Below, one piece after another: positions 55,341 to 64,000 of a DNA stretch of 64,000 nucleotides. The DNA is from the human T2T-CHM13v2.0 reference genome, Homo sapiens. How positions within the stretch are numbered: the first letter of the stretch is position 1; each line of letters starts with the position of its first letter. The DNA lies in the NCBI RefSeq assembly GCF_009914755.1, contig NC_060942.1; one strand, given 5' to 3'. The translations under genes and the position numbers were made by a program. Below the pieces are notes generated by a model that worked only from the letters and a program-made list of their open reading frames with translations, was not told the DNA's origin and searched no databases.

Positions 55341-56597
55341 TAATACATTCAGAAAGGTAGATAATGACATTGCCTTTTTTGGTTTTTCTGTATTGTTAGA
55401 CTATATTTTAAAGTGAGAATGTATTATTTTTAATATCTCAAATAACTGAGATACATTCATTGAAAGGATAAGGAAAATCTTCCCATATTTCGTATATCTC
55501 ATTTTCTACCTTAAACAATCCAAAAGTAGTATTTAATCCTCAGTTAAATACTCCCACAAAAAGATGGAATGAATTGCCAAAATATCAATCATTGAGAGAA
55601 AAAAACATCACATTCAATTTCTGCAAAATTTTGGATAACTCCATTAACTAAAGACCATCTGTCTCCAGATTCCTATTCTTCCAACTCATCCTACACTTAT
55701 CACCAGAAAAAATATTCTTCTTCCCTACTCAACCACTTTCAATAACTCCCCACTACCTAGCAAAGCCCCAAATATCCCTTAGTCTCATATCCAAAAACCT
55801 TCCACAATCAGGCCTCACACTCCCTACTTAGATGCACCTCCCATTACTCCCCAGCATACAGGCTATATTCCAGCTAAAGGCAGGTCTCTTGACTTCTGGA
55901 ATGTCCTATCTGGAATGTCTTCTCAATGACTAATTGAGAGTCTCTATCAAAATCCAGTCATCTTCCCAAGGCCAAAATGGAAAGTCAAAATGGGAAATGA
56001 AGAATTTTCAATAGATTTTCCCTATAAAAGGATCCTTTTATAGGAAACAATCAATAATACATAGAAAAACAATCACTGATACACAGAATGGACAGTGTAA
56101 AATAAGCATTACATATTATAAAGTACATTTCAAAAAATTGCATAGCCAAATGATAAACCATATTTCATAAGATTCATGACACTGATTATAAGAGATAACA
56201 TCATGTTGTATAGCACTCTGCCAATTAAGCTATGACTCACACATTTTTAGAAACTGGAATTTTCATTTTCTTCTTATCTAAAGAACTCTGATTGAGTTAT
56301 TCAACGCATAAAGAAAATATAAACAAAATAGATTGGCCAAGGTGTTCCCAAAAATTCTTACATATTCAGAATCCAACTCTACCAAATTGCACGTCAACTA
56401 AGAGTTACTGCTGTCTGTGCTTTTCCACACAATATCAACTTGGGTCACCACGAGCACTAGAAATGTATCACTTAAGAGTGCTCCATTACTGTCTCCAGGA
56501 TTTTCTCCAATCCACTAACATCCAATGTCCAATTTTTGATGCATATTCACAAACAATGAATTAAGTTGCCAGCTTTTTCTCTGCAACATGGCTGAGA

Positions 56598-56672
56598 GCC
56601 ATGTAAGACATATCCCAATTTCAGAGATGTTAAATGTGAAAAAATAACTTTCTTTTAGAAATGATGAAATTT
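56598..56672. mobile_element. MER104/Tc2-like DNA transposon fragment
   Basis: tcccaatttcagagatgttaaatgtgaaaaaa...ttagaaatgatgaaat resembles the MER104 terminus as I recall it. Confidence 0.45.
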
Positions 56673-58965
56673 GGGGCTTGAATCAAATACAAAGAAACTC
56701 GCTATTTGAGGATGTAAACACAGGCATGTACAAAAATGACCAAAGAAGAGAGAGCTAAAACAGAAAATAGTTTTCCTCTCTTTAGTTGAATGCTAGGAGA
56801 TCAATATCATCTCCCAGCACTAATCCTTTTCAGCTTTTGTCACCCTACCATTTGATCCCTCCCCTCTTCAGAGGACACCCTCCACACTGATGTCCTCCAT
56901 GACACCAATTAGAGCTGGCAGGAAAGGAAACCGACTCCCTGCAGTTCTTCCCTCAAAGAAACCATTCTTCTTTTCTCTTGGTACCTGCAGAATTCTCTTC
57001 CCTGATATGGCAAAACCTCTAGGATCTACCAATTTGAGCTACAGACAGAGGTAACAACCTTGTTATGAAGAGGACCACGCCATTAAAAATAATGACTACA
57101 TACATGAGTCTGGTAATTCTCATTTTTAAATAAAGCAGCAGTGCTTTTTAAGCTTTCTCCAAGATTTTTTTTTTTTTTTTTTTTTGGTAGTAAAGCGTAA
57201 GTTACAAATGGCCCCATTTTTTATACAATTTCGTAAGTATTTACTGAATGCTTTAAGTGTCTAGACCTTTACTTGGTTTGGGAAAGAAACCTGAAGAGAA
57301 ATAACTCCCTATCCTCATCAAGCACCCACCCAATATAACTGGAGAGAAAAATATATACTCAAGGCAGGTTAAATATTACATTTGTTTTCTAGGTCTAATA
57401 TAGACCTTTCTGCTTTCTCTCTCTCTCTCTCTCTCTGTTTTTAGTTTGTAAGGCAGGGTTATAAGAACAATGTATCAAAATGTCAGCAATCTAAAAATTA
57501 AGTTGTCAGCTTTTTCTCTGTACTGCAAATTACAAAAGAATTGGTGCTAATAGAAGCTTACAATTCCAAAGTATGCAATTTAACCAATCATCGCAAGGAC
57601 TAAAAATGCAACACCAAAGACATTTCAACCAAGTAATCTGCAGTTCTGGCATCTAATTTCAACTTCTCTTCTTGTGCCATTCTTCCCAATTTGTTTCTTC
57701 TTTATGCTTTGAAACTGTGCTCTGGAATTGCTACATAGTTAAGAAAGAACTGCCCAGAGCTCCTACATACATAATACACTCACATGAAAAATGTCAGTCA
57801 TGGAAAAGACAAGGAACATCTGCAGCCATTCTGTGGTTCTTCATTTTTTATGCTGATATTACTATAAATTCAGAAAGGAAAACATGAAATATACTTTATT
57901 GTTTCCGAATTTCAGTCTTATCATTTATTCAACACTAATTTGGGTGAAATATGTCTCTGATCATCTCTGCACTAGAATTCTAAATTAGGATTAAAATGCT
58001 AAATTATAAAATAATTAGTACATAAAACAAAAATGGAAATGGAAATCAATTACTCCAAATCACTGCAGATATCTTCTACTTATGAAACACCTTTTTCCAT
58101 TTTTTCCTATTGCCAACTGCAATCACATCACTTAAAAATAAATGAGAACATTGCCTACCCAATAAGTAAATTGCATCTTTAGAGAGACCACATACTTTTT
58201 TTAAAAGACATTACTAATAACCTAAATCAAGAATTTAAAAAGAATGCTGTTTTAGTACAAAGAACAGTAAGAAATATGTTGACTCAATATATAAATAAAA
58301 ATATACTCATTTTTCTTGTTCTTTAATTTTGTAAATGGCCCTTCTAAAAAATTACAGTTTTCTCTACAAAAGGAATATTCAGTGCTTTCTACTATTTCAC
58401 AAAAAACAAACAAACAAAAAACGTCTCCTTCCTTACTCTTGGAGACACATTTTCCCATGCAGTCTTATATTCATTTACACCTTTCAATTCTCCAAACAAT
58501 ACCTCGCAATGCAGTTCAACTTGAGAAAGGAGTCTCATTGATTGATCAGGCAAAGTTTTAAAGCCAGCAAGATGCTTCAGATGGTCTGGTTTTGCCTGCC
58601 CCACCCTTGTTTCCTTTGAGCCATAGTGATGTCACAACACCAGGCAGGACAATGACTTCACTGCTCCAGTCCTTGCTTCTGAGCACAGAATTCCCCACAG
58701 CCAAGGCAAATCAAATAACAGCAGAACCCTCCCGGGCTGAGTGCCTGATGAATTCCCAACAAATCAGCAGCTAGCTAGCCGTTTGAAAGAAATAGATGCA
58801 GCGATTGCACGATTAAGGATCTCTCTAACTGAAGTGGTGCTAAAGATAAATTTGATTCATAGGTTTCAATGGTGAGTCTATATTTCACGGAAAACTGATG
58901 GGGTACTTAGGGGAGACTATGGGAATTAAAGACGGCCAGGGTAGATTACTCAAGAACCCTCTCTC

Positions 58966-59465
<500 letters not shown>

Positions 59466-60989
59466 TCAAATTCTCACAGAAAGGAAACATTTATTCTTCA
59501 GTCTACTCTTGGAGTTCTATTTTACTGGAGTGGACATGAATTCTAATTTGTGAATTTTAGGGAAAGCACTAACTTAAAAGATGAATGCACATCATACAAC
59601 ACGGAAGAAAATACTTTTACAGCAAGTTCCTGCCACACTTAATCTAATATACTATATAAGTCCAGAAAAGATTCACAAGATAACAGCATCACATCTCTCA
59701 GTACATGGATAGTTGCCTCTCTTCTACCTAGGTGGCCCTTTAATACATTTGACCAACCAGTTTTTAAAAAACAATTATAAATAAAATTGCATCCGATCAA
59801 GTTAAAAAAAATCCTGATCTTTTATTTCAACACAAAGTTGTCCAAAGTCCAAGCACTGTACATGAACTGATAAAAAATTGCTTTTAACCTAAATCGCATT
59901 CATGCAGAAGAAATGTCTTAAAAATTAAACGCAAATATTTCATTGAGACACTGACATTTGACCTACAGCTCCTGAATCCTTCAGCTAAAAGCGGTTTACA
60001 AATTAAAGTGGCTACTCTTCTTGTTATGGATGAATTATTCACAAAACATGTTCTGTTTTGAAAAACTTATTTTGGCTAAAGTGTATTAACTAAATAAACT
60101 TGATGCAGTAAGTTGTGCATCTGATATTTTGCTTTTCTAAACCACCAGAAAACCATAATGCAAATGAGACAGTATTCAGCATTCAGCTATCAATGCCTTG
60201 CAAATTAACAAATTGAAGTCACGCTTCTCCAATTTAGTATTTATTCCCTCTCACATTAATTTTGTTACTCCAACTAAAGTTTTTAAAGTTTGATACCAAA
60301 ATTAACATGCATTTTTTAAACACTCACTCTGAGCCAAGACAGAAATCACCTCTCAGTCCCCAGAGTTCACTGGAGCTTGATGTGCTGCTCTCTTTTCTTA
60401 ATAGGGCTTTTCTGCTTAATTTGCTGTAATTGGGACTACGTCCATGGCTCACAGACATAAGCGGAATTTTATCATTTTTGTTTCCTTGAGACTTTAAAAA
60501 TCAAGGTAAATTTCAAAAACAATGTTTTTAAGCACTTGGTGTGACGCTTCCTGTACTATAGAAGTTAATGCTACCAAGACAAACTCCAGCACACCTGGCC
60601 ACCTCAGGCAGCCTAAAATTCTCACTGTGCCCCACTCCCCACCCCCCCTCAACAAAAAGGACAGGCAGGGTATCTGCAAAAGCAATTCCGCGAGACTAAT
60701 GTAAAAAAGCTGAAACAACTTAAACACGCAATGGAAGCACTGCATTAGCAGGACTGCCCGGCCCTCTCAGGACCTCCCAGCCCAACCTCCACAAGTAATT
60801 AACACCACATGTTTCCTTTATCATTCTATTTGTTCTGTTCCGCAACAATCTCTACCAACTTTAACCCTGGGCTGCAACTAACGGAAAAACCCTAGAAAAC
60901 TTCAGATCCGTAATATAAAAAGAAAATTGAAAAGAATACTCTCATTGCAAGGGACCACAGTTACAATTTACTAGGTAACCACACCCACC

Positions 60990-62420
60990 GCATTGCAGAA
61001 GCCATGAACTTGGCGGGCGTGGGGGGGAAGGGGAAGAAGTCCGGCGAGATTAGAGGGGAAATCCGAAAAAGCAAGCCCCTGCGGCAGCAGCCAGGAAACA
61101 CTCGCCAGGAACTGGCTGCGACCCCAACTCCAGCGGTCCGAAGCCCTAGCCTCCCCACCCCCACCGCGGCAGAGCCGCCTTCGCAGACACCTCCCGAGGA
61201 GAATCGCGGCCCCGAGGGCGCCAGGTGAGTCGCGCCGCCCCGAGCCCCCGGGCCACGGCAGGCCGACCCAGGCGCCCCCGGCCCGCCCGTGCTCCCGCGC
61301 CCGGGTGCCAGAGGCGAGGGGCCCCGGCAGGTGCCCAGGCCCAGGGCAACCCCGCTTGGACGCTCCCTCCTCCTCCCCCACCGGCCGGGGGCCGCTGCCC
61401 CAGTTTGGGGAACGAGGCAAGTTATATAAAAGCGGCCGGCCCCCCTGCCCAGCGGGGATGCTTTGTGCGGAGCGCACCTTATCGGCCCCGCGCTGCGCCC
61501 GCCCGCGCCTGCACCCGGGACGAGCCCGCTGCCGCCGCGCGCTGAGCGCAGGGCCCCTCCCGCGGCCCGCCAGCCGCCACCCGCCCGGGCGGCGCCGCAG
61601 TGTCGCCCCCTGTCCCCCGCACCTCCCCGGGGGAGGGGCCGGCCCGCGCTCGCCCCCAGCCCGAGGGGCAACTTAAAACATGGCGCCCCGGGCGGGGGAT
61701 TTGTGCAAATTGGCGGAGAAGGGACGCGGGGACCGAGTCGCCCCTTCGGCCAGGGATCCCAGGGAGGCCCCCAGGCCGGAGGCCGGGGCTCAGGCTCTGC
61801 GCGCCGGCCCAGCCACTGCTGCGCCGCGGCGGGCGGAGCGGGCGGGGGGCGCGGCGCGCAGGCTCGGCCCGGTGGGGGTCCCGGCGAGCGGGAGGGCGGT
61901 TGGGGACCCCGGCCGCGCCGGGCGCGGGGCTCGGGATTCGGGAGACCGCGCGGCGCCGAAGCCACGCGTCAGCCCCACTGTCCCGCGCGCCTCGCCCCAG
62001 GCCTCGGGCTCTTCCTCCGCACCTCGTAAAGCCGAGACCCCCTCGCAGTCCCCCACTCCGAGAGGCGGAAAAGTTACCTGGGATCAGCAGGGAGCCCGGG
62101 CGCGCCGCGGCGTGGGGACTAGGCTCGGGCGCGCGTCCTCGGCGGCGGTGCGCAGGAGACTCGGGCGTGGGGAGGAAGCCGCAGCCCAGGGCTGCTCGCC
62201 GCTGTTCCCCCCGCCCCCTGTTGCAGGAGACACCGAGGCTCCGCGGAGCTGCGGCGGGGGCCCACGCCCAGAGACCGTGCGAGGAAAGCCAACCTCGTCC
62301 TGCCTGCCCTCCCAGCCGCGGGGGAGGGGGCCACCGCAGTACTTCAGGACAGTTACATGGGCACAGCCTCCTCCGTCCTGGCGCAGGGTCAGGCTCCGCG
62401 GACGACGCCTGGAGACAGCT
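60990..62420. promoter_or_regulatory. EPB41L3: CpG island promoter of EPB41L3
   Basis: About 1.4 kb of very high GC and CpG density with GC boxes (GGGCGG), YY1-like AACATGGCG (~61677-61685) and C/EBP-like TTGTGCAA (61701-61708). The DAL-1 promoter is an established target of hypermethylation in tumours. Confidence 0.93.
62078..62230 (-). other. EPB41L3: EPB41L3 non-coding first exon (TSS position approximate)
   Basis: Minus-strand donor CCCAG|GTAACT at 62078/62077 inside the CpG island. The spliced junction ...ctccctgctgatcccag-aacaatcaaccATG agrees with my recollection of the mRNA 5'UTR. Confidence 0.8.
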
Positions 62421-62857
62421 GCCAATGCCAATAGCTTTAGCCCTTTATTCCCACTTAGATGATGGCCTGGCCTCTCCAGACCCCTCTCCCCTCCCAGACA
62501 TCCCCTGTGAGAAAGGAGGGAGAGGGTGTTCCTGACCTTCAGGTGAGTTATTTATTGGCTAGGGACTGCAGTATTTTTTTTTTCTTTTTGGAAAGAAAAT
62601 AAAATCAAGTTGGTGGTGTCTTCAAGTCATGTTAATAGAGAAGATCTGAATTAATGCTTGATAAGAGAAGTCGCCCATTTTTCAGCAACTCAGCTACTCC
62701 GTCCTCTCCAGTATCTATAAAGCTTTCCACCGAAATTTACCTTGATTTTAAAGAGCGGAGGTGGCTCACTGACTTGTAAGTGAAAGAAGTAACTCCTGGT
62801 CATCTCACAATATCTTAAGATCTAACCGACTAACCAAGATATTTAAGAAATATTTTT

Positions 62858-63112
62858 ATGGGCACAAAAAGAATAGAGTGAATAAGACATAGCATCTGAT
62901 AGCACAACAGGGTGACTATAGTCAAAATAATTTGATTGTACATTTTAAAAGAAAGTATAATTGAATTGTAACACCAATGATAATGCTTGAAGGATGGATT
63001 TCCTGTTTTCCATGATGTGATTATTACACATTGCATGCCTGTATCAAAACATCTCATGTACCCCATAAACATATATACATACTATGTACCCACAAAAATT
63101 GAAAATAAAATA
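62858..63112 (+). mobile_element. L1MA (1-3-like) 3' end
   Basis: gatagcacaacagggtgactatagtcaa...catgcctgtatcaaaacatctcatgtaccccataaa...ctatgtacccacaaaaatt. Confidence 0.88.
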
Positions 63113-63117
63113 TTAAA

Positions 63118-63360
63118 TTTTTTTAATTTTTAAAATAAATTGTATGTATATTTAAGGCATACAACATAAGATACATATATAGTAAAATGGTTATTATAGT
63201 GGAACACATTAGCATATCTATCAACTCACATAGTTATGCATTTCCCCCAACACCCCTCTACTTGTGGCAAGAGTAGCTATAATATACTCATTTAGCAAAA
63301 TCCTGAATACAAGACACTTCTTAGCTCTAGTCCTCGTGTTGTACATCAGATCCCTTTCAT
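63118..63360 (-). mobile_element. L1MA (8/9-like) 3' end, tail-to-tail with the previous element
   Basis: aattgtatgtatatttaaggcatacaacat...tcaactcacatagtta...ctagtcctcgtgttgtacatcagatc. Confidence 0.75.
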
Positions 63361-64000
63361 GTTGTACGTTATTAATTTTTTTAAAATAGAGCCTTCTCCA
63401 AATCATCCGGTTGCCCCTCCAGGAGCTCAGGGACTCATTAAAAGAGGGAAAAAAATGGATTCACAAAAATATTGCATTTGCTACTGGGTGCCAAAGACAA
63501 GATACAGAACACGTGCCTCTGGGAAAGATTAGTGGGCCTGATCTGTCAGTGAGGCCCGGAGACGTGGGGAGACTTGGCGCAGGTTTCTAGAATAGGGAAG
63601 ACTTTGGTAGGAAAGGAGGATGGTATTTGATTTCCTTGGCTGGAGTGGAAGGGTTTTTTCATGTTGAAGAGGGAGAAGGTTGGAAAATTATAGTTACTAT
63701 GTTGCTATGGAGTTTATGGGACTATATTCTATAGATGTGTAGCTTTGGGAAATTTTGAGCAAGAAAGTGTGACTTAAGTAATGTTTTAAGAAAACTAATC
63801 TTATGGCTCTGCAAAGACTAGAACAGATGGGCAAATACCAGGTTGGTGTTCGGAGGAGACTATGGTATTAAGACAGTTACCAGAGGTAATGAGGGCCTGA
63901 ATTGTCTTTCAGGTGACAGATAAAGGTGACAGTTCCAATAGTGGATGTTTGGGAATTAACTGCATTTCCTGTCAGAAAGTGTTGCATATGAGTATTAGAG

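Noticed and set aside
60961-62535. Many long overlapping ORFs (up to 334 aa) on both strands
   Set aside because: GC-rich CpG island DNA is poor in stop codons; products are low-complexity Arg/Pro/Gly/Ala with no recognisable domain.

Overview
Primate (human-like) genomic DNA, not prokaryotic. The window covers the 5' part of EPB41L3 (protein 4.1B/DAL-1) on the minus strand. It has a CpG-island promoter with a non-coding first exon (donor at 62078), an intron of about 54.7 kb, and the first coding exon (7158-7351, 61 codons, MTTESGSDSE...). The rest is intronic and dominated by repeats: a large decayed L1 (1-~5960), 16 Alu loci, L2, MIR, MLT and MER fossils, microsatellites, a 27-bp G-rich VNTR and a perfect 60-bp triplication. 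Almost all other listed ORFs are repeat or GC-content artefacts. I see no convincing new protein-coding system. The most unusual structures are (1) a ~200-bp mosaic at 40991-41187 built from copies of two nearby segments plus an inverted repeat, (2) a polypyrimidine-CAG|GTGAGT site at 39416 that could be a recursive splice site or an alternative first exon, (3) several candidate alternative 5' exons, (4) a VNTR born inside an L2, and (5) perfect hairpins and palindromes. Repeat subfamily calls were made by eye and their boundaries are approximate.
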